From: Nemertoderma westbladi
Lineage: Eukaryota > Animalia > Xenacoelomorpha
Direction: 5' to 3'
NCBI GenBank assembly: GCA_032718475.1
Contig: JAUCBJ010000528.1
Span: 1 to 64,000 of the forward strand
Length of the DNA: 64,000 bases
In this document: positions 11,375 through 22,006 of the stretch, one piece after another
Layout: the number at the start of each line of letters is the position of its first letter
Numbering within the stretch: the first letter of the stretch is position 1
Program-made: the position numbers and the translations under genes
Notes under the pieces: model-generated
Database searches by the model: none
Seen by the model: the letters and a program-made list of their open reading frames with translations, nothing else
What the model was told of the DNA's origin: nothing

Positions 11375-12410
11375 GTCCCACCCCAATGAACAGCTTTGGT
11401 TACAGTCTGAGAGAGAGAAATCCCAGCCCCTAAATGTCATTATTATTAACCTATAAAACATTTGAACGGCCCAGTGCTTATAATTTAATCAGCTTGTGTC
11501 CCACCCCCACCCCCTAGCAGTAAGCAGCAGCCTATAGTTATTCAGTGTCCTACCTCCTAACATAACAGTGAGTAATGTAAATGATCGCCTTCACCTTTGC
11601 TAAAAACCAGCACTTGTCTTTCCTTATTACTTCTCTTATTGCGGCCTCAAACTATGTTTCTGCTGTAGAGCACAATCGCTATACCATACCTGTACGTTTC
11701 GAGCCCTTTCCCTCTAGAGGAATAATCGGAAGCTTCCCTTGGCATTCTGCCCAATAGCTGCTCGATTCACCTAAGGTGGATCGAAACGTTACACCAATCA
11801 GGAAGCGGTATGCAGGGATATTTAAAGCCCCTGCACGCGTCATTTCTTCACTTCTTAGTCAAAATTATAGCTTCTTGTGCAAACCCCTGCTACTAAATTT
11901 AGGAAAAGTTTCGGTATTTATTTTGTGATTTTTGTTATAATCTTTTCTTTACTTATTGGTTAATAAGAAGTCAATTTATATTTCTCCCGAATTTCTCTTA
12001 ACGTTTTATATCTACTTCCATTCAACTTCCTGGGTGCTGTCACTGTGTTGCGACACCCTACGGCTACGGGCTCCTATTCAACTTTCATTCAGTCATTTCA
12101 AAGGCCTAGGCCTACTTAAACTCAGATATCCAAGGCGATGCTTCCCTTCCTAGCCCAAGTGCCATAAGTAACCCTATAGATATTCAGTGTCCCACCTCCT
12201 AACATAGCAGTGAGTAACCCTATAGATATCCCCATAGGATTCACTGGGAAGAGCTATTCAGCTGGCGGGCTAATATATTACAATGTTTGCTTCTGTTGGG
12301 ATAGAGTGAGATAGTAATAAACTTATTGGCAAGTAATGTACTTCTCTGCAGTTTGGGCCTATCCATTCAATCAATAGTAGTAGCTTACTAGGCCAGCCAT
12401 GAGCACCAGT

Positions 12411-13475
12411 GGTAATGGTGAAAAATATCGAGACTTGAAAAATATCGAGAGTAAAAATAACGAGAGTAAAAATATCGAGAGTAAAAATAACGAGTGTTGA
12501 AAATTAACGTGATTAAAAAATATCGAGAGTAAATATAACGCGAGATGAAAAATATCGAAAATAACGAGTGTTGAAAAATATCGAGTGTTGAAAAATATCG
12601 AGAGTAAAAATATCGAGTGTTGAAAAATATCGAGAGTAAAAATATCGAGTGTTGAAAAATATCGAGAGTAAAAATATCGAGTGTTGAAAAATATCGAGAG
12701 TAAAAATATCGAGTGTTGAAAAATATCGAGAGTAAAAATATCGAGTGTTGAAAAATATCGAGAGTAAAAATATCGAGTGTTGAAAAATATCGAGAGTAAA
12801 AATATCGAGTGTTGAAAAATATCGAGAGTAAAAATATCGAGTGTTGAAAAATATCGAGAGTAAAAATATCGAGTGTTGAAAAATATAGAGTGTTGAAAAA
12901 TATCGAGAGTAAAAATATCGAGAGTAAAAATATCGAGTGTTGAAAATTATCGAGAGTAAAAATATCAACATATTTTTCAACACTCGATATTTTTCAACTC
13001 TCGATATTTTTACTCTCGATATTTTTCAACACTCGATATTTTTACTCTCGATATTTTTACTCTCGATATTTTTCAACACTCGATATTTTTACTCTCGATA
13101 TTTTTCAACACTCGATATTTTTACTTTCGATATTTTTCAACACTCGATATTTTTACTCTCGATATTTTTCAACACTCGATATTTTTACTCTCGATATTTT
13201 TCAACACTCGATATTTTTACTCTCGATATTTTTCAACACTCGATATTTTTACTCTCGATATTTTTCAACACTCGATATTTTTACTCTCGATATTTTTACT
13301 CTCGATATTTTTCAACACTCGGTATTTTTACTCTCGATATTTTTACCCTCGATATTTTTACTCTCGATATTTTTTGAACTCTCGATATTATCGTTATTTT
13401 TCAACACTCGATGTTTTTACTCGCGTTATTTTTACTCTCGATATTTTTCATGTCTCGATATTTTTCAATATAACC
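12411..13475. mobile_element. Foldback element whose two arms are inverted arrays of a 32-bp (15+17) repeat; Merlin- or MULE-like
   Basis: Perfect 8-bp TSD GCACCAGT (12403-12410, 13476-13483); GG...CC termini; repeat polarity flips at ~12970. Confidence 0.85.
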
Positions 13476-13824
13476 GCACCAGTAGCTGCTGGTGTTTCTA
13501 TCATTGAGTTTATGGCAATTTTCGATTTTTGGGGCTATTTTTCGAAATAAAAAAAGACACTTTAATAATTTTTTTCGAAAATTTGTTTCCACATCCTGGG
13601 GTTGAGCTGCGTCGATTTATATAACTTTTATTGACGGACGAGCTATAGTTTCGGATGAGTTAACCCGATATACATACATACATACTGTAGTGAATACTTT
13701 TACAGTAAGAAGTCCTAACGGTCTTCTAATAAACAGCAAAAATACAAATACGATTAATATTTATTGTCATTTGTTATAAATAAATTATGTTGTGGCGTTT
13801 ATCAGGAGCTACAAAACAAGTTAC

Positions 13825-15445
13825 GATAACTCAATATTTATAAATCCAACGGATAACTCAATATTTATAAATCCAACTGATAACTCAATATTTATAAATC
13901 CAACTGATAACTCAATATTTATAAATCCAACTGATAACTCAATATTTATAAATCCAACGGATAACTCAATATTTATAAATCCAACGGATAACTCAATATT
14001 TATAAATCCAACTGATAACTCAATATTTATAAATCCAACTGATAACTCAATATTTATAAATCCAACTGATAACTCAATATTTATAAATCCAACGGATAAC
14101 TCAATATTTATAAATCCAACTGATAACTCAATATTTATAAATCCAACTGATAACTCAATATTTATAAATCCAACGGATAACTCAATATTTATAAATCCAA
14201 CGGATAACTCAATATTTATAAATCCAACTGATAACTCAATATTTATAAATCCAACTGATAACTCAATATTTATAAATCCAACGGATAACTCAATATTTAT
14301 AAATCCAACGGATAACTCAATATTTATAAATCCAACTGATAACTCAATATTTATAAATCCAACTGATAACTCAATATTTATAAATCCAACGGATAACTCA
14401 ATATTTATAAATCCAACGGATAACTCAATATTTATAAATCCAACGGATAACTCAATATTTATAAATCCAACTGATAACTCAATATTTATAAATCCAACGG
14501 ATAACTCAATATTTATAAATCCAACTGATAACTCAATATTTATAAATCCAACTGATAACTCAATATTTATAAATCCAACGGATAACTCAATATTTATAAA
14601 TCCAACGGATAACTCAATATTTATAAATCCAACGGATAACTCAATATTTATAAATCCAACGGATAACTCAATATTTATAAATCCAACTGATAACTCAATA
14701 TTTATAAATCCAACTGATAACTCAATATTTATAAATCCAACTGATAACTCAATATTTATAAATCCAACTGATAACTCAATATTTATAAATCCAACGGATA
14801 ACTCAATATTTATAAATCCAACTGATAACTCAATATTTATAAATCCAACTGATAACTCAATATTTATAAATCCAACTGATAACTCAATATTTATAAATCC
14901 AACTGATAACTCAATATTTATAAATCCAACTGATAACTCAATATTTATAAATCCAACTGATAACTCAATATTTATAAATCCAACTGATAACTCAATATTT
15001 ATAAATCCAACTGATAACTCAATATTTATAAATCCAACTGATAACTCAATATTTATAAATCCAACGGATAACTCAATATTTATAAATCCAACTGATAACT
15101 CAATATTTATAAATCCAACTGATAACTCAATATTTATAAATCCAACTGATAACTCAATATTTATAAATCCAACGGATAACTCAATATTTATAAATCCAAC
15201 TGATAACTCAATATTTATAAATCCAACTGATAACTCAATATTTATAAATCCAACGGATAACTCAATATTTATAAATCCAACTGATAACTCAATATTTATA
15301 AATCCAACTGATAACTCAATATTTATAAATCCAACTGATAACTCAATATTTATAAATCCAACTGATAACTCAATATTTATAAATCCAACTGATAACTCAA
15401 TATTTATAAATCCAACGGATAACTCAATATTTATAAATCCAACTA
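13825..15445. repeat. 27-bp minisatellite (GATAACTCAATATTTATAAATCCAACT/G, ~60 copies)
   Basis: Near-perfect periodicity with essentially one T/G variant; the 564-aa ORF is a repeat translation. Confidence 0.97.
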
Positions 15446-15504
15446 TTGATTTAACTCGTACGAAATATCACGAATATAATATATAATTCTAGTTAATTGT
15501 TCTG

Positions 15505-17682
15505 TTAGGTGAGTGTAGCACCTGCGGTGGATGTGGCACCAGCGGTGGTGCACACATCACCGGTGGTGGTGGTGGAAGCTCCGGAGTAACGCAACCCAAA
15601 CTGACTGAGAAGTTTTGGCGTCAACTTGGACTTCATTTTGGGTAGAACATCGACTGCGTGAAGGTCGCAATGGCTGCGGTCAGCGAACGCGCGACAAATA
15701 GTCGCAAAGCAACCCTGATGGTCGCAGGTGCGGAAGAGAAGCTGATTTGGGTCGCCGCTTACGATGTGAGAAACACAGAACTTAGTCATCGGAAGGACTC
15801 GGTTGTGGCAACTGGAACCGTGGTTCTCCGTCGGTTTAACCGAGCACTTAGCGAACTGAGGGGGACGTTTCTCCAGTTTTATACTCACATGGACAGTCTG
15901 TTTGTCTGTCTGTTTGTTCGAACATAATTCCTCCTGAACCCCAATTTGTAGGCCAGTTTTTATGTCCTCTTGTCTAGACGCTTTGCCCCCCTCACCCCCC
16001 ACTTGGCTGCCCCCCTGTTCCCCCACTTGGCTGCCCCCCTGTCCACCCACTTGGCTGCCCCCCTGTTCCCCCACTTGAGTGGCCCCCTGTCCACCCACTT
16101 GGCTGCCCCCCTGTCCACCCACTCGACTGCCCCCATGTCCCCCCACTTGGCTGCCCCCCTCCCTCCCCACTCGACTACCCCCCTGGCCCCCCACTTGAGT
16201 GCCCCCCTGTCCACCCACTTGACTGGCCCCCTGTCCCCCCACTTGAGTGCCCCCCTGTCCACCCACTTGACTGGCCCCCTGTCCCCCCACTTGACTGCCC
16301 CCCTGCCCCCCAACTTGAGTGCCCCCCTGTCCCCCCACTTGGCTGCCCCCCACTTGAGTGCCCCCCTGTCCACCCACTTGGCTGCCCCCCTGTCCCCCCA
16401 CTTGAGTGCCCCCCTGTCCACCCACTTGGCTGCCCCCCTGTCCCCCCACTTGACTGCACCCTTGTCCCCCCACTTGGCTGCCCCCCTGTCCCCCCACTTG
16501 AGTGCCCCCCTGTCCCCCCACTTGGCTGCCCCCCTGTCCCCCCACTTGAGTGCCCCCCTGTCCTCCCACCCGTCTGTCCACCTCCAACCGTTTATTAAGC
16601 TGCCTCTCGTACAGTAACACCTCGGCCCCGTTGTGTCTCCTATAATGAGTTAATGCCCTTAACCTCTCAATATCTCTCTCTTCTCTGTCGGTCTCGGCCT
16701 TGGCGACTTTCAGTAAGAAATCCTTACTGTTTAACTTGGCGTGCACGTAGTCTCTCCTCTTCTCCTTCAGTAGGTTGTGTAGATACCGGAACTGATCCAT
16801 ATAGAGGGACTGCAGACGAATGAGTTTATCTCTGTGGAGCAGCGCGGCCTCATCCGCGGTATAAACCCCGGCGTACCTCAACGGGTCGTCGTAATCCGAA
16901 TCGAAGTTCTCGTCGTCGGAGTCACCCTCGTTGCGCCACAGCCCCTGCATGATAGACGCGCCGCCGGTGTCGCTATCCGAGTCTGTGTCGCACTCCAACG
17001 GAGCCGGTAGCGAGCAGTTAGGGACAACCTCCTCGCGCTGACTACGACGCGAGTAATGGTCTAACGCGACTAGCAGGATGTCCTTCTTGTTGTGACGGCG
17101 TTTCCTGCGAATGTTATTGAGTCGGTTTAGTGTTTGTTTGGAGGCGTGGAGCGCGCAGTTCCCGTCGCGTCTGTCGGGACGAGCTGCCGGCTTGGAGCAA
17201 CGGCGTCCGGTTTTAGGGGCCACGAACACACATTGTCGGTGCTGGCAGGCTTTACTCTCGAGCGTGTGGGCGGAGCAGTATTCTGCGCCGGTTTCCCGCG
17301 GTTGGAGGCACAGGCGGGAGGAGTAGTTACAAGTGTGCCACTCTGGGGGGATGGGGTGGTGAGCCGGGGTGGTTATCTTACCGGTAGAAGAGCTGGAGTG
17401 GTTACGGGTGGGTTGGTGGCGTTTACTATGTTTGTAGGTGGAAGGGGAGGAATTGGTAGAACGGACACTGGGAGATGGTTGGGGAAGGAGTAGGTCTAAG
17501 GGTAGGGCTGGGGGGTGGGAGGGTTGCGAGTTGGGGTGTGAGTTGTGGTGGGAGGGGTGTGAGTAAGGGTGTGAGTTGGGGTGGGAGGGGTGTGAGTTGG
17601 GGTGGGAGGGGTGCAAGTTGGGGTGGGAGGGGGGCGAGTTGGGGTGGGTCTGCGCCGGTACCGATATTGTGCGATCGCCCAT
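15505..17682 (-). CDS. KANSL2: KAT8 regulatory NSL complex subunit 2, single-exon ORF with Gly/Gln repeat insertion
   Basis: N-terminal C3H-type Zn motifs (CNYSSRLC..EYCSAH..QCVF..GRRC..CALH); DPLRYAGVYTADEAALLHRDKLIRLQSLYMDQFRYLHNLLKEKRR; C-terminal CHNRVLPMTKFCVSH..NQLLF. All match recalled KANSL2. Start at ATG 17682 is inferred (ORF open to 17823). Confidence 0.92.
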   Translation of the reverse strand: MGDRTISVPAQTHPNSPPSHPNLHPSHPNSHPSHPNSHPYSHPSHHNSHPNSQPSHPPALPLDLLLPQPSPSVRSTNSSPSTYKHSKRHQPTRNHSSSSTGKITTPAHHPIPPEWHTCNYSSRLCLQPRETGAEYCSAHTLESKACQHRQCVFVAPKTGRRCSKPAARPDRRDGNCALHASKQTLNRLNNIRRKRRHNKKDILLVALDHYSRRSQREEVVPNCSLPAPLECDTDSDSDTGGASIMQGLWRNEGDSDDENFDSDYDDPLRYAGVYTADEAALLHRDKLIRLQSLYMDQFRYLHNLLKEKRRDYVHAKLNSKDFLLKVAKAETDREERDIERLRALTHYRRHNGAEVLLYERQLNKRLEVDRRVGGQGGTQVGGQGGSQVGGQGGTQVGGQGGSQVGGQGCSQVGGQGGSQVGGQGGTQVGGQGGSQVGGQGGTQVGGSQVGGQGGTQVGGQGGSQVGGQGASQVGGQGGTQVGGQGASQVGGQGGTQVGGQGGSRVGREGGSQVGGHGGSRVGGQGGSQVGGQGATQVGEQGGSQVGGQGGSQVGEQGGSQVGGEGGKASRQEDIKTGLQIGVQEELCSNKQTDKQTVHVSIKLEKRPPQFAKCSVKPTENHGSSCHNRVLPMTKFCVSHIVSGDPNQLLFRTCDHQGCFATICRAFADRSHCDLHAVDVLPKMKSKLTPKLLSQFGLRYSGASTTTTGDVCTTAGATSTAGATLT
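15985..16560 (-). repeat. In-frame 24-bp coding repeat (GGQGG[S/T]QV, ~24 copies) in KANSL2
   Basis: Visible in DNA and translation; very G-rich on the sense strand. Confidence 0.95.
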
Positions 17683-17849
17683 CGGTGGGTTTGTTGGCGG
17701 TTCTGCGGTTGATCTTGATGTGACTGTAGTACAGACAGTAGTAGTAGTTGCTGATACTGACACCTGGACCTGGATACCGGTATACATACAGGCAGACAGG
17801 TACCCGGTATAGGTATACAGCAAGGACTACTATACTACTAATAATAAGG

Positions 17850-18060
17850 CAGGGGTAAATCTTTTCGACCTACGCGTAGGCCTACGCGTATTGGGTCATA
17901 TATCACCAGTTTCAGAGTTTTAACATTAACTACGCGTAGGTGCTACGCGTAGCTACGCGTAGGTCCTACGCGACCTACGCGTAGGTGCTACGTATAACTA
18001 CGCGTAGGTGCTACCCATAACTATGCCTATACGTCGTTTATCATTAGTAGGCCTACGTAT
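17850..18060. repeat. Cluster of palindromic CCTACGCGTAGG-type motifs, possibly a DNA-transposon end
   Basis: ~8 CTACGCG(TAG) motifs after a CAGGGGT start; no confident partner TIR. Confidence 0.5.
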
Positions 18061-21000
18061 TCCAAGCGGTTCAGTACTAAAATAAGACCATACGGTATGT
18101 TCAATAAACGACCCACTACCATCAAATGCTTTCAACAGTAATGCATCCTATACCTGTATACTCTATATAGAGGAATAAGCTAAGACTACATATTCTTCAC
18201 TTCATGCGTTGCGGGTGCTAAAATGTGTTACCGGTAATAATGTTTAGAGTTCAAAAATAGTTTACTTTATTTGATTTTTTTTGTCCTCCTTTTTTTACGA
18301 ATTGTGCATAATGACTTTTGTTGTCCCTTTAATGACTTTTGTTGTCCTTTTAATGACTTTTTATGTATGTATTTCTTCAAACTGTCAGACTACTGATTTC
18401 TGGACAGTCAGACAGTTGATTTCAACATCCCTATGCCAAAACATTCAAAATTTGTTGATTTCTGGTCTGTCGGTCAGTTGGTTTCACTATGCCTGTGCCA
18501 AAACATTCCATGATTCCATGATTTATAGACTATGAGATAGATTTCCATATGCGCTGTAAAAGCTTTTGCGGATATAATCAATCCCCTTGCCCGCAAAGTA
18601 CCGTTGTGGGTGTTTTAACGGACATAAAAGTCATTCTTCTATATGTGTGCTTTGGCGGACATGGAAAGGCACAAAACCCGCAATGCGTCAAATCCTCTAG
18701 CACAGTGTAGCCTTGATGATTCAGATTACGACATATAACAGCTGGTTGCTGGCATGGAAACGGCCGTTGGACACATGGTTCTTTGTTTAGCTTAACAGCC
18801 AATCAGGGCGATTTTTACTGTCGATGTGGAGATATTCTACAGATCGTGCTAGGCGTGTTCAGTCTTACTGTTTTTTTCTTTGATACTGTTGTGTTGTTTC
18901 TATCTAGGCCAAGAACACCGGCTCTGGAGTCAATTTGTTTCAGACTTTAGAAGAAACATTAGTGGGCTTAGATTATAGAGCGTATAACCGTTATCGGCAG
19001 ATCATATCATTGTTACATTATCAGTACATTGTCATATCATATCTTAACCTACCGTCTTAATGGTTTTACTGTTGTTTGGTTGAATATTATTACTTGGAGA
19101 ACATCGATAAATAACCCAAATTTCCCAATTTTCTTGATACACTACAGGTTAGAGAGACAGGTTACATATATCGATTGCGACTTATATTATCGTGGTTTGT
19201 AGTGAGTTTAATGCTATTTGATAGGCACTACATGAGTCAATTGCTGTTTTCTTTATGTATGATAAAATTCATTGACGGTCGGCAGATTAGTGTGCAGTAT
19301 TGTGCGGTACCGGTAGTGTGCATGATTGTGGCTGATAACTAAGTATTTCCTAAAGAATGCGCCTCATACGTGAATCATAAGCCTTACAGTCTTACAGTTG
19401 TGTTTAGTATAAGTCATATCTCTGTTTACCTAGATAGAGTGCCACGTCCTAAAGGAACTGTTAATATTTCCCGAAAGTGAATAATATTGGTCAGAAATTA
19501 TTTATTAACGATCAATCGAATAATACAGTAAGCTTACACTGCAATAACAATCTAAGCCCTCCGAATCCAGTCTCCCGGGTATATCCAGCGGGTGAATGGA
19601 CGCGCACTAGGCTGGCTTCGGCTAATGTTGTGTTTATTGGTATTAAATACTTGTCATATGCTAAAGTCTATTTATAAACCAAAAGACATAAATTTTGGCA
19701 GGTTAAACTGCTAAAGGTCTTCAAAAGCGCGTACAATAACGGTTAATTTTCTTTATTGCAGTAAGCAATAAAGTTGAAAGTACCGGTCGACCGGTAAACC
19801 TGAACCGGTACTGCTGTAGGTCCGTAGGCCCAACTGCCAGAATCGGTACTGCTGTAGGTCCGTAGGCCCAACTGCCAGAATCGGTACTGCTGTAGGTCCG
19901 TAGGCCTAACTGCCTGAACCGGTACTGCTGTAGGTCTGTAGGCCCAACTGTCCTAACCGGTACTTCCAGTATAATTCGATTTTGATTATTGTATACCGGT
20001 AGGTCTCGATATTAAATCGGGGACGCCTGGTTTTTATTGGGATTTTACTTAGGTCTATTTCTGTCAGTTTTATTTCCTAGTAAGTTAATATTGAGCTGAA
20101 GACGTGTAAGTCTGCTCAGATTGTTCAGATAATTGTAGGCCGGACTGTTGTCGGACTGTTGTTGGGTCTGGAGAAATTGCGGCATGTGTAGAGTCTGTCC
20201 GATAAAGTGCCAGTTAATAAGTTGGGGCATCTTGAGTTGTAAGGTCAATCCCCTCTTAAAGAATAAGTCGTACTACCGTGTTAGAACGCATACTAACTAA
20301 CCATTTTGGAATCTGCATATACTGTAGTTTATTTAGGCTTGATAGTAGTCTGCCAGCGTTTTAGCCTGTGTTTGTTTGTGTGGTCTGTTCAGGTACCGTA
20401 ATAGTTATTACTCAGATATTTTGTAGGCTGGATTGTTGTCTAGCTGTTATTAGGTCTGAAGAGATTGCTGCGTATGTAGGTAGAGTTTGTCTGATAAAGT
20501 GCCAGTTAGTAAGTTGGGGCAGCCAGAGCTGTAAGGTCAATCCCCTCTTAAAGAATAAGTCGTACTACCGTGTTAGAACGCATACTAACTAACCATTTTG
20601 GAATCTGCACATACTGTAGTTTATTTAGGCTTGATGGTAGTCTGCCAGCGTTTGGTTTGTATTTTGTTTGAGTATTCTGTACGGGTAGCGTAATATTTAT
20701 TATTCAGAGTTTATGCGATTATTCGCAACATTCATGTCCCCAAGTTTATTCCTACAGTAATTGTGCTTGTTACACATACCGTTATAGTTAAATTAACCCC
20801 GGTACTACACGGGCTGCTTGGCGTAGGTAAAGACTGGTGACTTTGTGCTCCGGTCACTCCAGCAGATGCCGTGGCTCTTTTAACTGTTCAAGTATATTTA
20901 ACTGCTAGTTATCTGTTTTAATAAGTACTTGTACCTAATTTAGGGTTTGGTGTACAGTGCTTTCCGAAAGTAATTAGTGTGTAGGCAGTGTATTGTGTTG

Positions 21001-22006
21001 TAAAGTGGTTAATAGGCACGTTGGATCTGGTAGTCCATGGTAATTAACTTCCAGGTAGGAACACTCCGTGATACATAACGTAGTACCTATAGCGATACGG
21101 TTATAGGTCGTCAGGCGGTGGTATTTTCCTATCTGGACAACGCAGTATATTTACTACTACTTATTATTTTCAAATACCGTAGTAACCTGTCCGTTGTAAT
21201 AACCAGATATTCTCACCCTTTGTTAGGCTGGTTAGTAAACTTCTTGTAAAATTACCCTAAAAATTTGTATTTGTGTATTTGTAATTAAATTTTTGTGTTT
21301 ATTTAGAGATTGTAATCTCAACCCGAATTATACGTAATTTGTAGTATTAAGTAACTTAGGTAAATTAGAATTATTTGTTTTAGTGTCTAACAAGTAGCAC
21401 TCCACTGAGAGCGCACAGCTTATGTGTAGTGACTCCCCCAGAAATAATAACATTTATTTCAAATATTGACAAAACCCATTAAACGGGTATATATATATTA
21501 TAAATCAACTCAAACGATTTATAAATAGTAGGCCTGCCATACAACAACTAGGTCTCAATATCAGTTGGATTACTGCTTAAATAACGGTAATAAAGTAAGT
21601 TAAAGTAACTAAGTAACCTTTAAAATTCAGAAATTCAATTATTTAAATAATTGATATACCGGTATTTACGATAGGCCTATTATCTTTATTTCTATAAATT
21701 TAGGCTGAAATTATACCGGTATTCTATATTTAATTCTAGTCCAGAATTATACTTATATACTATAAGTGTAGGCTGTATACCGGTATTCACGATAGGCATA
21801 TTATATATTTATATATATTTGTGTTAAAATTATATACCGGTATTCTGAGACAAACCTAGTTTACAATACTTATATATATTATAAGTATATACCGGTATTC
21901 TAATATACTGTAATAAATTACCGGTACTAGGCCAACGGTCATACTGAATTACTAGACTTGCTTTAACTGTAACTATAGCAGTAAGCATTCAACTGTATAG
22001 ATAAAC

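Larger units (their letters stand above)
10794..13733 (-). mobile_element. Non-autonomous Helentron-like element (HINE/DINE-1 architecture)
   Basis: Minus strand starts TTTATTAGAAGACCGTTAGGAC (13733-13712) followed by (GTAT)n. It ends with inverted copy GTCCTATAGACGGTCTCCT (10837-10819), hairpin AGCCATCTTGCTGGCT, then TTCTAG-TTTT. Confidence 0.6.

Noticed and set aside
13792-15486. 564-aa (DNSIFINPT)n ORF
   Set aside because: Stop-free frame of a 27-bp repeat, non-ATG start, antisense to KANSL2
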